This document shows positions 1 through 9,754 of a stretch of DNA of 64,000 nt, in pieces. The notes beneath the pieces were generated by a model. That model did no database searches. It was not told the origin of the DNA and saw only the letters and a list, made by a program, of their open reading frames with translations. Each line of letters begins with the position of its first letter. Position 1 is the stretch's first letter. The translations under genes and the position numbers were made by a program. Origin of the DNA: Akkermansiaceae bacterium (GTDB lineage Bacteria; Verrucomicrobiota; Verrucomicrobiia; Verrucomicrobiales; Akkermansiaceae); NCBI GenBank assembly GCA_041748235.1, contig JBGTDO010000029.1:6345-70344 (forward strand), in the 5' to 3' direction.

Positions 1-234
1 CTTTGGTTTGGCGCGGGCAACTGCTTCAAGGTGATGAAGGATGTGGGCGAGGGTCACGTGGGTGGTGTCCGGGTGGCCTAGGACGACCATACCGAGGGAA
101 TCGCCAACGAGGAGGATGTCGGTCCCGGCTTCATCAAGCAGGCGGGCCGTGGGGTAATCGTAGCAGGTGAGGGCCGCGATGTGTTCGGCTCCCTTTTTTG
201 CTGCGAGTGCGGCGGCTTTTTGCTGAGAGGTCAC
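1..234 (-). CDS. panB: 3-methyl-2-oxobutanoate hydroxymethyltransferase (N-terminal part; runs off the window start)
   Basis: Manual translation from GTG at 234: MTSQQKAAALAAKKGAEHIAALTCYDYPTARLLDEAGTDILLVGDSLGMVVLGHPDT. Contains the PanB signatures TxYDY and LVGDSLGMV. Not in the ORF track because there is no stop in the window. Confidence 0.93.
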   Translation of the reverse strand, partial: MTSQQKAAALAAKKGAEHIAALTCYDYPTARLLDEAGTDILLVGDSLGMVVLGHPDTTHVTLAHILHHLEAVARAKPK

Positions 235-258
235 TTTCGAGTGGGTATCGTGGAAATG

Positions 259-298
259 AAAAAAGCCTCCGGGAGCATTGCTCTGACGGAGGCTGTTT
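259..298 (-). terminator. Intrinsic terminator downstream of tRNA-Glu
   Basis: Inverted repeat AGCCTCCG...CGGAGGCT followed by a T-run on the minus strand, just after the tRNA 3' end. Confidence 0.7.
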
Positions 299-310
299 TA
301 CCATAAAAAA

Positions 311-385
311 TGGCGACCCGTAAGGGAGTCGAACCCTTCTTGCCAGGATGAAAACCTGGAGTCCTAACCGATAGACGAACGGGTC
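311..385 (-). tRNA. tRNA-Glu (TTC)
   Basis: Reverse complement GACCCGTTCGTCTATCGGTTAGGACTCCAGGTTTTCATCCTGGCAAGAAGGGTTCGACTCCCTTACGGGTCGCCA: cloverleaf, TTC anticodon, GTTCGA T-loop, CCA end. Confidence 0.97.
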
Positions 386-490
386 GTTTGTCGCGGCGCG
401 GGCGGTAAGAAAGCGGACGTTGGGATTTGTTGCAAGGTTTTTCTGTGACGAAAATGAGAAAAAACTTCCTGCGACCGCTCAGCGGCCCGG

Positions 491-853
491 CTATTCTATT
501 TTCTTAAGTTGCTGGGCGAGATATTCGCCGCATGGGAGGCTCTTGCCGCTGCCAAGGCGGATGATATACGGCTTGCCAGTGGTGGACGAGCCGGTGCCGG
601 CGACTGTGATGAAATCCTCCGCCGAGTTGACGCTTCTGGTGTTCGCGCGCCATTTGCGACGGAGGAACTCTGCGGCGGTCGCTGCGTCGTGTTCTTTGCC
701 GTTGCGGATGAAGGTCGCATCCTCGAGCCCACGCACGTGGTCGATCAGCTTCTGGATTTTCGCTTTTTCCTTTGTCGGTGCCTCGGCCATTGCCGGGGCC
801 ACCGAGAGGAGGCCGAAAAGACAGAGCAAAAAGAGGAGCAGACGTTCGTTCAT
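491..853 (-). CDS. Exported DUF5329-family protein
   Basis: Signal peptide from ATG 853 (MNERLLLFLLCLFGLLSVAPAMA). Motifs FIRNGKEH...AAEFLRRK...SAEDFI...SSTTGKPY. Confidence 0.7.
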   Translation of the reverse strand: MNERLLLFLLCLFGLLSVAPAMAEAPTKEKAKIQKLIDHVRGLEDATFIRNGKEHDAATAAEFLRRKWRANTRSVNSAEDFITVAGTGSSTTGKPYIIRLGSGKSLPCGEYLAQQLKKIE

Positions 854-954
854 AAGTGACACTACATGGTATTCGTCGAAAAAAACCGAAAAGGACAGCT
901 TCGGAATCATTTGGTTTTTAACTGGACGGGACGAGCGGGCGGTTTTCCCTTTGT

Positions 955-2385
955 TTGGTGCGCGCCTGGTTATCCCTCTTCATCTTCCCCGGCTTTTTGC
1001 TGACCCTTTCCTGCGGAACAGCATTTGAGAATGCGCGTTCTTCGACGGAGCAAAAGTCGGGCGCGGGGACCGGGACCGTGAATCTCGCGATGAGTCTGGT
1101 CCGGGGCACGGCGCTGAGTGCGATCCGACAGCCGCTGAACACCGCCGCTGTCGGCGCTGCGGTGATCTGGCAGCGGCCCCGCGAGCTGATCACTGGGAAT
1201 CTGCCATTCCGGCCGAAACTCATGAGGGACCTCGGCATGACGCCGGGCACCCCCGGGTTCGAAGCCGAACTGGATGCAGCGGGTATGCCAGCGGCAGAGA
1301 TGGGAAAAATCACCTGGCTGGTGGATGGGAAAAGCTTCTTCCCGGAGTTCGAGCGGCAGATCGCCGGTGCTCGCCAGTCCATTGACGTGCAGGTGTATAT
1401 TTTCGACAACGACGACATCGGCGTGCGCTTAGCGGACAAGCTGAAGGCCCGGTCACGAGAAATTCCAGTGCGGGTGTTGTTCGACGACCTAGGAAGCGCG
1501 CTTGCTTGGAAATCAGCTCCAAAGATCCCTGCGCCAGCGGGCTTCACCCCACCAGATACGATGGGACCGTACCTGCGGGAGAGTTCGCAGATGGGGGTGA
1601 GGCGGATGCCGAATCCGTTTTTGGTAGCCGATCACACGAAGCTTCATGTCTTCGACAGCCGCGTGGCTCTGCTCGGCTGTATGAACATCGGCCGCGAGTA
1701 TTTCAGCGAGTGGCACGACCTGATGTTCCGGGTTGAGGGGCCGGTGGTGGCCACGCTGCAGGAGGATTTCAACCGGACATGGCGCAAGACCCATCCCGCT
1801 GGCATTTTTAGCTTCGCGCGGAGGGAGCCACGCCCGGTGCCGCCGCCGAGTGTAGCTGGGCAAGCTGCGGTTCGAGTCCTGCGCACCGATGTCGGCGCGG
1901 CCCGCCTGGAGATCCGCAAGGCGATGCTTCTGGCGATCGGTGCCGCACAAAAAAGGATCTGGTTTCAGAATCCGTACGTCTCCAACGACGATATCACCGA
2001 GGCGCTCGAAGCCGCTGCCAAGCGTGGTGTGGACGTGCGGATGATCATTCCCGAGAAGAGCGATTCCACTGTGATGGATATTGCCAACAAAGCTTTTGGC
2101 GAAAAGTTGATCAAAGCGGGCGGGCACGTTTTCGGCTATCCGCGGATGACGCACATGAAGGTGATGATCTGCGATGAATGGGCCACCGTCGGCTCGGCGA
2201 ATCTCGACACCCTGAGCATGCGGATCAATCGCGAGCTCAATCTATCCTTCAACGATCCGAAGCACGTGAAAGCACTGGTGGAAAAAGTTTTCACTCCGGA
2301 CTTTCGCGTGTCAACGCGCCGGACGCTGGCTGATCCGGTTTCCCCATCCGCGCCGTTGGTTGATGTCGTGGCGGACCAGCTCTAG
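955..2385 (+). CDS. Phospholipase D family / cardiolipin synthase-like protein
   Basis: Two HKD motifs (HTKLHVFD...GCMNIG; HMKVMICD...GSANLD) and an N-terminal lipoprotein-like signal (LTLSC). Confidence 0.88.
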   Translation: MVRAWLSLFIFPGFLLTLSCGTAFENARSSTEQKSGAGTGTVNLAMSLVRGTALSAIRQPLNTAAVGAAVIWQRPRELITGNLPFRPKLMRDLGMTPGTPGFEAELDAAGMPAAEMGKITWLVDGKSFFPEFERQIAGARQSIDVQVYIFDNDDIGVRLADKLKARSREIPVRVLFDDLGSALAWKSAPKIPAPAGFTPPDTMGPYLRESSQMGVRRMPNPFLVADHTKLHVFDSRVALLGCMNIGREYFSEWHDLMFRVEGPVVATLQEDFNRTWRKTHPAGIFSFARREPRPVPPPSVAGQAAVRVLRTDVGAARLEIRKAMLLAIGAAQKRIWFQNPYVSNDDITEALEAAAKRGVDVRMIIPEKSDSTVMDIANKAFGEKLIKAGGHVFGYPRMTHMKVMICDEWATVGSANLDTLSMRINRELNLSFNDPKHVKALVEKVFTPDFRVSTRRTLADPVSPSAPLVDVVADQL

Positions 2386-2581
2386 GGAAGCGCCGATTCA
2401 CGGTATAAGTTCCTCCATGGACGCGAGGAACTTCTTGCGCCGTGTGACCTTGCGTTCCCCCGAAAATCTCGAAACCCTTGAGCCACTGGAGCAATGTGAC
2501 GACGTCGAGGAATACATCAAGATTAAGCCTAGAATCTGTCGAGACTCACATGGGTCTTTTCTTCATGGGCAGTAGGTCACA

Positions 2582-3394
2582 GTGTCAGGGATGAGACGAT
2601 TGCTGGTGATGGGAGCGGGTTTTGTGGGAGAGGAAGTGATCAGGGTTTTTCGGAAGGAGGGTTGGGATGTAATCGGTGTGTCCTTGAGTGGTGGCGAGGG
2701 GCTGCTTGCTTGCGATGTGAGTGATTGGCAGGCGGTGGAGAAGCTGCCGGAAGTGGAGGCGGTGGTGCATTGCGCGGCGTCCGGCCGGGGCGGCGAGGAT
2801 GCTTATCGGCGGGTTTATCTGGAGGGGTGTGAGAATCTGGTGAGGCGTTTTCCTCATGGAAGGCTGGTTTTTACCTCAAGTAGCTCGGTTTACGCGCAGG
2901 TGGACGGGGAGGAGGTGGACGAGGAATCGGAGGCAAAGCCGGATCGTGAAACAGGAAAAATTTTGCTGGAGGCGGAGAGGGTGGTGCGGGAGGCGGGCGG
3001 AGTGGTGGCGCGCCTGGCGGGAATCTATGGGCCGGGGAGAAGTGTGATTTTGAGAAAATTCTTAAGCGGCGAGGCGGTGATCGAGGAGGACGGGCGGCGT
3101 TTTCTGAATCAGATTCATCGCGATGATGCGGCAGGGGCGATCTTTCACCTGACAAGCCTAGAGCCTTTCCCTGCGGGGGAGGTTTTCAATGTTTGCGACT
3201 CCGTGACGATGAGGCAGGTGGAGGTTTACCGGGGGCTGGCGGAGGTGTTCGGGCGGGAGTTGCCGCCGCGCGGGCAGAAGGATTTGAACCGGAAGCGGGG
3301 TTGGACGCACAAGGATGTGAGCAACGCGAAGCTGAGGGGGACGGGGTGGGAACCGCGTTATCCGGGGTTTCTAGATGCGGTGGGGGAGTTGTGA
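2582..3394 (+). CDS. NAD-dependent epimerase/dehydratase (SDR) family protein
   Basis: Rossmann GAGFVG, FTSSSSVY, RLAGIYGPGR, IHRDD. The start may be the ATG at 2591. Confidence 0.85.
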   Translation: MSGMRRLLVMGAGFVGEEVIRVFRKEGWDVIGVSLSGGEGLLACDVSDWQAVEKLPEVEAVVHCAASGRGGEDAYRRVYLEGCENLVRRFPHGRLVFTSSSSVYAQVDGEEVDEESEAKPDRETGKILLEAERVVREAGGVVARLAGIYGPGRSVILRKFLSGEAVIEEDGRRFLNQIHRDDAAGAIFHLTSLEPFPAGEVFNVCDSVTMRQVEVYRGLAEVFGRELPPRGQKDLNRKRGWTHKDVSNAKLRGTGWEPRYPGFLDAVGEL

Positions 3395-3407
3395 GCCACG
3401 GATGCAG

Positions 3408-4226
3408 CTACAGGGTGCCGGACCAGGTCCAGAGATTGGGGTCAAACTGCTGGCGGGTGTGGTCGACGAGTTCCTGAGGAACGGCCTTCGGGTGGAGGAT
3501 GGCGAAAAGGGTGGAGCCGGATCCGGACATGAGGACGGATCTAGTTTCCCGACGGCGAAGAAGCCAGTGCTTTAGCTCTGGAAGGTAGCGGTGCTTGGCG
3601 AAGACGGGTTTTTCTAGATCATTCACCAGTTCGAGGCTGGCGTATTTGTGGGCATCGTAGCGGATGCCGGGGAGCGGCTTGGCTTCGAGGCAGTCTCGGT
3701 AGGCATCTGGAGTTGGCACCGAGAATTGCGGTTTGAAGAGCGCGATGGGCAGGTGCTGTGGATTCGGGGCGGCGGTGACGATTTCGCCGCGGCCGGTGCA
3801 GCGGGCGGCACCGGCATAGAGGAAAAACGGGACGTCGGAGCCGAGGGAGGCTGCGAGCGGGTGGAGCTCCCGTGCGGAAAACGGGGATTCCAGCTGGCTG
3901 TTGAGGGCGAGGAGGGTGGTGGCGGCGTTGCTAGAACCGCCGCCGAGGCCGGCCCCATGGGGGATCCTTTTGGCGAGGTGGATGTGGTAATGCAGCGGTT
4001 GTCCGGATCTGGCGGAGAGGAGTTCAACGGCTTTGACGACGAGATTCGAGGAGTCGGTGGGGAGGGAGGGGTCGTCGCAGGTGAAGGAGAATCTCTCGGC
4101 GGGGACGATGGTGATCTCGTCTGCGAGGCCGGGGAGCTTGACCATGAGCGTGTCAATTTCATGGAAGCCGTCTGGGCGCTTGTTGAGCACGCGGAGGGAG
4201 AGGTTGAGCTTGGCAGGGGAGAGCAT
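3408..4226 (-). CDS. ispE: 4-diphosphocytidyl-2-C-methyl-D-erythritol kinase
   Basis: SPAKLNLSL, PDGFHEIDT, IPHGAGLGGGSSNAA, LGSDVPFF, MSGSGST. Confidence 0.95.
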   Translation of the reverse strand: MLSPAKLNLSLRVLNKRPDGFHEIDTLMVKLPGLADEITIVPAERFSFTCDDPSLPTDSSNLVVKAVELLSARSGQPLHYHIHLAKRIPHGAGLGGGSSNAATTLLALNSQLESPFSARELHPLAASLGSDVPFFLYAGAARCTGRGEIVTAAPNPQHLPIALFKPQFSVPTPDAYRDCLEAKPLPGIRYDAHKYASLELVNDLEKPVFAKHRYLPELKHWLLRRRETRSVLMSGSGSTLFAILHPKAVPQELVDHTRQQFDPNLWTWSGTL

Positions 4227-4246
4227 GGGTGCCGGGTGAGAAGTGA

Positions 4247-4927
4247 TCAGTGAGGAGCGGAAGACGAGGACTGGATGGAGAGGAGGGCTAGCATACGGCC
4301 GGTTTGGCCTTTTTCCACGCGGTAGGAGTAGTGGGTGTTGAGGTCGGAGGCGGTGTTGTCGCCGGAATCGTGGTAGTTGCTGATGCCGAGGGCGGCGGCT
4401 TGCTGGCGGATGGTGGCGGCGAAATCGACATCGTAATCAGGTGGGCGGATGCAGGGGGAGAGGACGCAGATGAGATCGCCGGGCTTGGTGCCGTAGCTGC
4501 GGGTCATTTCCGCGACGGCCTTGCCGAGGATGTTGAGCTCGGTTCCCTTTTTTCCAGAGTGCAGGAGGGCGATGGAGCGGGTAACTGGATCAGCAAGGTA
4601 GATCGCGGCGCAATCGGCGACGTAGATGGCGAGCAATTGGTCGGGAATGTTGGTCATTACGCCGTCGACGCAGGGGTGGGTCTGAAGCGCCTTTGGGGAA
4701 ACTTCGGAAATGACGGCGATGCCGGATCCGTGGATCTGCTCGGCGTGATGGCGGGCTTTTATGGCCGGAAAAGATCCGGAAATGATACGGTCGTGGTGGG
4801 GGGCGAGATTCCGCAGGGCGAAATCGCGGTCGCCGAGGACATCGACGTCGGGGAGGCGGGGAATCCACGAGGAGCGGAAGCCCGGCTGCGAAATTATGGG
4901 ATGTAGAAACCAGAACGCCTCCGTCAC
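4247..4927 (-). CDS. pgeF: YfiH/PgeF-family (laccase-domain) purine nucleoside phosphorylase
   Basis: QIHG, DGVMT, VADCAAI...LHSG, SPCI, YSYR motifs. Confidence 0.8.
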   Translation of the reverse strand: MTEAFWFLHPIISQPGFRSSWIPRLPDVDVLGDRDFALRNLAPHHDRIISGSFPAIKARHHAEQIHGSGIAVISEVSPKALQTHPCVDGVMTNIPDQLLAIYVADCAAIYLADPVTRSIALLHSGKKGTELNILGKAVAEMTRSYGTKPGDLICVLSPCIRPPDYDVDFAATIRQQAAALGISNYHDSGDNTASDLNTHYSYRVEKGQTGRMLALLSIQSSSSAPH

Positions 4928-4993
4928 GGGTTAAACCGTAGCGGAGGCGCTTGGGATTCGCCAAGCTGGATTATTCAGGGGGGAGACAGAAGA

Positions 4994-5455
4994 TTATGCG
5001 ATCGCACGGTTTTTAAGCGCACGATGGGTGTGTTCAACTGTTTCGGCCTCTTCTTCATCCATGCCTGCCAGGATGCCGACGAGGTCCGTCGCAATCTCGT
5101 TACGCATCTTGGAGACAAGGTCGACTCCTTTTGAGGTGATGCGCACCATGATTTTGCGGCGGTCCTCGGCTGCATGAACGCGCTCAACATAGGACAATTT
5201 TTCCAACCGATCCACAAGGCCGGTAGCGGCTGCTGTGGAATGGCCCATTTTTTTAGCGATGTCAGACATGGTCAGAAACTCTTCGCTAGAAAGATAGGTT
5301 AGGAGGAAGAACTGGGGGAACGAGATGTTTCCCTTATTGAGTTCGGTTGACAGGTTAAGAATGCAGCTTCTCTGCGTAAACAGGACGAAGTCTGCAAGAC
5401 GATCGGCATCGGCTTTCACCGAGGTGCCGGAGGCACTTGGTTGTGTTGGTTTCAT
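4994..5455 (-). CDS. MarR family transcriptional regulator
   Basis: Winged HTH: MSDIAKKMGHSTAAATGLVDRLEKLSYVER...DRRKIMVRITSKG. Confidence 0.92.
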   Translation of the reverse strand: MKPTQPSASGTSVKADADRLADFVLFTQRSCILNLSTELNKGNISFPQFFLLTYLSSEEFLTMSDIAKKMGHSTAAATGLVDRLEKLSYVERVHAAEDRRKIMVRITSKGVDLVSKMRNEIATDLVGILAGMDEEEAETVEHTHRALKNRAIA

Positions 5456-5740
5456 TTTGGCTGGTTGTAGTGTTCATGTTTTGGGACATGTAAGGGGGCA
5501 CAGCCATTGCGTAGGAGAAGATACCTAGTTTCCTAGATAGTATTCAACAGCAAAGTTGAATTTTTTCCAAATGACTGTGAGAACGCTCGGGACTTTTTGA
5601 AAATACGGGTTTGCGGTAGATCTGGGAAGCAAGAAATTTGAGAAAAGTTAAACAATTGGAAATCAATAGGATAAAGCGTGCTGTGGCCGCCTTCACCCCT
5701 GCAACAGGGATAGTTTCGGGTGCTGCCGGGGAGGGGCTTT

Positions 5741-6568
5741 TCAGGGTCGAAGTCGAAAGCCGCCGGGGTCGCCAAGCCGTCGGCGGGCGGTATCGAGATA
5801 GTCGGCGTCTAGCTCAATGCCGGTAAAGGAGGCGATCTTCAAGGATTCCGCAGCGACTGCGGAGGATCCTATCCCAAGAAATGGGTCGAGCAGGCGGGTG
5901 CTTCCGGATTTGCCGTGGATTCGGATGCATTGTTCGACGAGTGCGACGGGGAATGTGGCGGGATGCGGCCGGTCCTTCTCGCGGGAGGCTATTGTCTCGT
6001 ACGGGATAAACCAGGTGTTGCCACGGCAGCGGAGGTCTTGTCCGCCAGTGTGGCCCCAGCGAGCGATGTTCGACTTGTCAGCGTAGGGAACTCCCGCAGC
6101 GCGGCGGTCGAGCGGGGTGTTTCCATGTTTGGTAAGGTGGAAAACGTATTCGTGGCAGTCGTTGACGTAGCGCTTGGAGTTGATGGGTTTGAAGTGGCCG
6201 GAGGAAATATGTTGCTCGTTGGCGGTGGTAATCGTGATGGATTTGATCCAGTGAAAGGTATTCTGTAGGGTGAATAGGCGCTCCGGTCCCTCGGTGAGAG
6301 AGAGGATGAGCTGGTGGGGGAGGAGAGGATTTGACGGGGAGCCGGCGATATTGAGGAAAAACGATGCGTCATCGGCCATGGCTCGCTTGATCTCTGCGGC
6401 CCATTGGCGGCACCAGTCGAGGAACTCATCGCGGGGTGCTGTGTCTTTGAAGGAACTGTAAGCGATACCGAGATTGTAGGGCGGCGAGGTGACGACGAGG
6501 TCGAACGATTTCTCCTCCAGGGTTGGAAGAATCTTGAGGCAGTCGCCGTGGATGAGTCGGGAATTCAT
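5741..6568 (-). CDS. Site-specific DNA methyltransferase (N4/N6, beta class)
   Basis: Catalytic VTSPPYN near the N-terminus, HPATFP, and SAM-binding LLDPFLGIGSS near the C-terminus. Confidence 0.9.
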   Translation of the reverse strand: MNSRLIHGDCLKILPTLEEKSFDLVVTSPPYNLGIAYSSFKDTAPRDEFLDWCRQWAAEIKRAMADDASFFLNIAGSPSNPLLPHQLILSLTEGPERLFTLQNTFHWIKSITITTANEQHISSGHFKPINSKRYVNDCHEYVFHLTKHGNTPLDRRAAGVPYADKSNIARWGHTGGQDLRCRGNTWFIPYETIASREKDRPHPATFPVALVEQCIRIHGKSGSTRLLDPFLGIGSSAVAAESLKIASFTGIELDADYLDTARRRLGDPGGFRLRP

Positions 6569-6577
6569 GGCTGCTTT

Positions 6578-7660
6578 CTAGTTAGGTAAGCGGAGATGCT
6601 CGATTGCTTGCTCCAGATCTTCAGGGGTGACGGAGTCGATGACCTGAGCGCGGCCGATGGCGGAGAGGGTGACAAAGCGGATTTTTCCGGAGGTGAATTT
6701 CTTATCTCGGTTGAGCTTTTCCATCACTGTGGCGGTGGGGATGGAGTCTGGCAGGGTGAGCGGGAGGCGGAAATGCTGCAGGAGCTGGATGATCTTGGTC
6801 GAGTCGGCGGGAGCGAGGCCTGAGTGTTTTTCGGAAATGAAGAGGGCGGCGCGGATGCCGAGGGCTATTGCCTCGCCGTGTAAGATCTGGCCATAGGGGA
6901 GCGAGGCCTCAATGCCATGGCCGATGGTGTGGCCGAAGTTGAGGAGTGCGCGGATGTCTTTGGTCTCGTATTCGTCCTCCTCGACGACGCGGGCTTTGAT
7001 CGCGATGTTGCGGGCGAGGAGTTCGGCCGGCACATCGCGTTTGTCTGGATCAATGGCGAGGAGTTCGGGGAGCATCTCCGCGTCGCGGATCGCGGCGTGT
7101 TTGATTGCCTCGGCGAAACCCTCGTGGAACTCGCGGGCAGGGAGGGTGGAGAGCGTGCGGGGATCGACGAGGACGAGCTTCGGCTGGTGGAAGGCACCGA
7201 GGAGGTTTTTTCCTTCGGCGACGTTGACCCCGGTTTTGCCGCCGACGGATGAATCGACCTGCGAGACGATGGTGGTTGGGATTTGCACGAAGGGGATGCC
7301 GCGGTAGAAAACGGATGCGACGAAGCCTGCGAGGTCGCCGACAACTCCTCCTCCGAGGGCGATGATCAAAGAGCGGCGGTCGTGGCCGGCGCGGATCATT
7401 TCCCGGCAGATCTCCTCCACGTGGCTGAGAGATTTAGAGGATTCGCCGGAGGGGATGGTGTGGAGGCTCGGGCGGTTTCCTCCGAAGCTCTCAATCAATG
7501 CCTCGGCGTGGTGGGAAGCCACAGTCGCGTCCGAGATGATTGCCGGGCGGAAGCGGGAAAGCTGATGCTGGGCGAGGAGAGCGGCGGCTCGTGCGAGGAG
7601 GTCGTTCTCCACCAGCACTGGGTAGGAGCGGTCGGCGAGGTCGACTTGAACGGTGGACAT
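6578..7660 (-). CDS. aroB: 3-dehydroquinate synthase
   Basis: ALGGGVVGDLAGF, QIPTT...QVDSSVGGKTGVN, LLNFGHTIGHGIE, LHGEAIALG. Confidence 0.96.
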   Translation of the reverse strand: MSTVQVDLADRSYPVLVENDLLARAAALLAQHQLSRFRPAIISDATVASHHAEALIESFGGNRPSLHTIPSGESSKSLSHVEEICREMIRAGHDRRSLIIALGGGVVGDLAGFVASVFYRGIPFVQIPTTIVSQVDSSVGGKTGVNVAEGKNLLGAFHQPKLVLVDPRTLSTLPAREFHEGFAEAIKHAAIRDAEMLPELLAIDPDKRDVPAELLARNIAIKARVVEEDEYETKDIRALLNFGHTIGHGIEASLPYGQILHGEAIALGIRAALFISEKHSGLAPADSTKIIQLLQHFRLPLTLPDSIPTATVMEKLNRDKKFTSGKIRFVTLSAIGRAQVIDSVTPEDLEQAIEHLRLPN

Positions 7661-7934
7661 GCGCAGCTTTTAGACTGCGGAGCCGGAACTGGGAACTCCA
7701 AGTTTCAGCGGAATCTATGAGCGGGGCTGGAGAAGCCGGGGCGCGATGGAGATGGTGATTTCCGGTGGTGTGTCGTTGCCGATCGGCAGGTCCAGGGGCC
7801 AGGTCGCTGGAATGGCCTTGCATGGGATTGCGAGACTCGGCAAAGAGAATTTTCCATAAAGTGATTGCGTTGTGGGTGGGTTGGAGGCAGCTTTCCCAAG
7901 AAACCTGACAAAACAAGGTAATATACTAAGGATT

Positions 7935-9704
7935 ATGCTTCCCGAGAGTTCACCGTTTTCAACCGTCCAGCGCCAGGCCCTGGATTCATTGCTTGCTGGA
8001 TTCGACGCTCTTCAGCGCGGATGGCTCAGCGGATACCTTGCGGCTGGTTCCGCCGCGCCTGCCGCAGTCGCGGCACCTGCAGCTGCTGGAAAGCTGACGG
8101 TGCTGTACGGCACGGAAAGCGGAAACTCAGAGGCGCTGGCAGACCGGGCGATGAAGGACGCCAAGAAGAAAGGGTTCAAAGCGGTCATGAAGAACATGTC
8201 CGAAATTTCGCCTGCGGATCTCGCGAAGGAGGAGAACCTGCTGGTGATTGTTTCGACGTGGGGCGACGGAGAAGCACCTGAAACGGCGGTCGGCTTCCAC
8301 TCCAAATTTATGTCAGAGGATGTGAAACTGGACGGAGTGAAGTTCTCCGTCTGCGGCCTCGGCGATACCTCCTACGAGAAATTTTGCGAGATCGGCAAGC
8401 AGGTCGACGCACGGCTCGAGCAGCTCGGCGCGAAACGTGTTGCGCCACGGGCAGATTGCGATGTGGATTATGAAGATTCTTTCGGCGAGTGGTTCGGAAA
8501 CGCTCTATGCGCCCTGGCACCTACTGCGTCCGCCGTGGTTCCAGCCGCGCCTGCCGCCGCAGGGTTTGCGCAGGTCGTGGAGTATGGGAAGAAGAATCCC
8601 TTCCTGTCAGAAGTTTATGACAACGTGATCCTTAATGGGGAAGGTTCTAAAAAGGAAACGATTCACGTGGAGCTTTCGCTCGCTGGTAGCGGGCTGCACT
8701 ACGAGCCAGGCGACGCGCTTGCGGTGCAACCACTGAATTGCCCAGCGATGATCAAGGACGTGCTGAACGCTGCCAAGCTGACCGGGACCGAGGAAATTGA
8801 GATCAAAGGGGGCGGCCGGAAACTTCTTGCCGATGCCCTTCGCGAGGATTTCGACATCACCGCGCTTTCAAAGGCGGTCCTGAAGAAGCTGGCTGAAACA
8901 ACCGGCTCCGAGACTCTTTCCGAACTGCTGGTGGACGAGGCAAAGGAGCAGCTGAGAGACTATATCACAGGTCGGGAAATCGTGGACGCATTGATAGATT
9001 TTGCTCCCAACGGTCTTTCTCCAGAAGCTCTGGCAGGCATTTTCCGGAAGCTGCCGATCCGCCTGTATTCAATCGCCTCGAGTCCCTTGGCGCATCCGAA
9101 CGAGGTGCATCTGACGGTGGCGGCGGTGAGATACGATACTCATGGTAGAGAACGCAAAGGCGTCTGCTCCACCTTCCTTGCCGATGTGGCCAAGACCGGG
9201 GAAAGCGTGCCGGTGTTCGTGCAGCCTAACAAAAATTTTCGTCTCCCTGCTGATGGTGACATTCCGGTGATCATGGTGGGTCCTGGGACCGGCGTCGCAC
9301 CTTTTCGCTCTTTCGTGGAGCATCGGGCGGCGATTGGTGCCACTGGGAAGAACTGGCTCCTTTTCGGCGACCAGCACTACACCTACGACTTCCTTTATCA
9401 GCTGGAGTGGCAGGAGTATCTCAAGAACGGCACCCTTAGCAGACTTGACGTGGCGTTCTCGCGCGATCAGCCGGAGAAGGTTTACGTGCAGGATAAAATG
9501 CTGGAGCACGGCGAGGAACTCTACCGCTGGCTCGAAGAAGGCGCGCACTTCTATGTCTGCGGCGATGCCAGTCGGATGGCGGCGGATGTGCACGAAGCCC
9601 TAATCTCGGTGGTGAAAAATTTCGGGGCGAAAAGCCGCGAGCAAGCCGAGGAATATGTGGAAGCTTTGAAGAAGGCTAAGCGTTACCAACGCGACGTGTA
9701 TTGA
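7935..9704 (+). CDS. cysJ: Sulfite reductase (NADPH) flavoprotein subunit
   Basis: Flavodoxin YGTESGNS/STWGDGE, RLYSIASS, MVGPGTGVAPFR, C-terminal RYQRDVY. Start set at ATG 7935. Confidence 0.95.
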   Translation: MLPESSPFSTVQRQALDSLLAGFDALQRGWLSGYLAAGSAAPAAVAAPAAAGKLTVLYGTESGNSEALADRAMKDAKKKGFKAVMKNMSEISPADLAKEENLLVIVSTWGDGEAPETAVGFHSKFMSEDVKLDGVKFSVCGLGDTSYEKFCEIGKQVDARLEQLGAKRVAPRADCDVDYEDSFGEWFGNALCALAPTASAVVPAAPAAAGFAQVVEYGKKNPFLSEVYDNVILNGEGSKKETIHVELSLAGSGLHYEPGDALAVQPLNCPAMIKDVLNAAKLTGTEEIEIKGGGRKLLADALREDFDITALSKAVLKKLAETTGSETLSELLVDEAKEQLRDYITGREIVDALIDFAPNGLSPEALAGIFRKLPIRLYSIASSPLAHPNEVHLTVAAVRYDTHGRERKGVCSTFLADVAKTGESVPVFVQPNKNFRLPADGDIPVIMVGPGTGVAPFRSFVEHRAAIGATGKNWLLFGDQHYTYDFLYQLEWQEYLKNGTLSRLDVAFSRDQPEKVYVQDKMLEHGEELYRWLEEGAHFYVCGDASRMAADVHEALISVVKNFGAKSREQAEEYVEALKKAKRYQRDVY

Positions 9705-9754
9705 TTTAAAAGCAAGAGAGCGAAGAGAACAATTTTAAGACAGGAGACTTTTAT

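Noticed and set aside
7661-7934. SAM riboswitch upstream of the cys operon
   Set aside because: No recognisable SAM-I core (AUCxAGAG...GCAACC...GUGC) or terminator seen.
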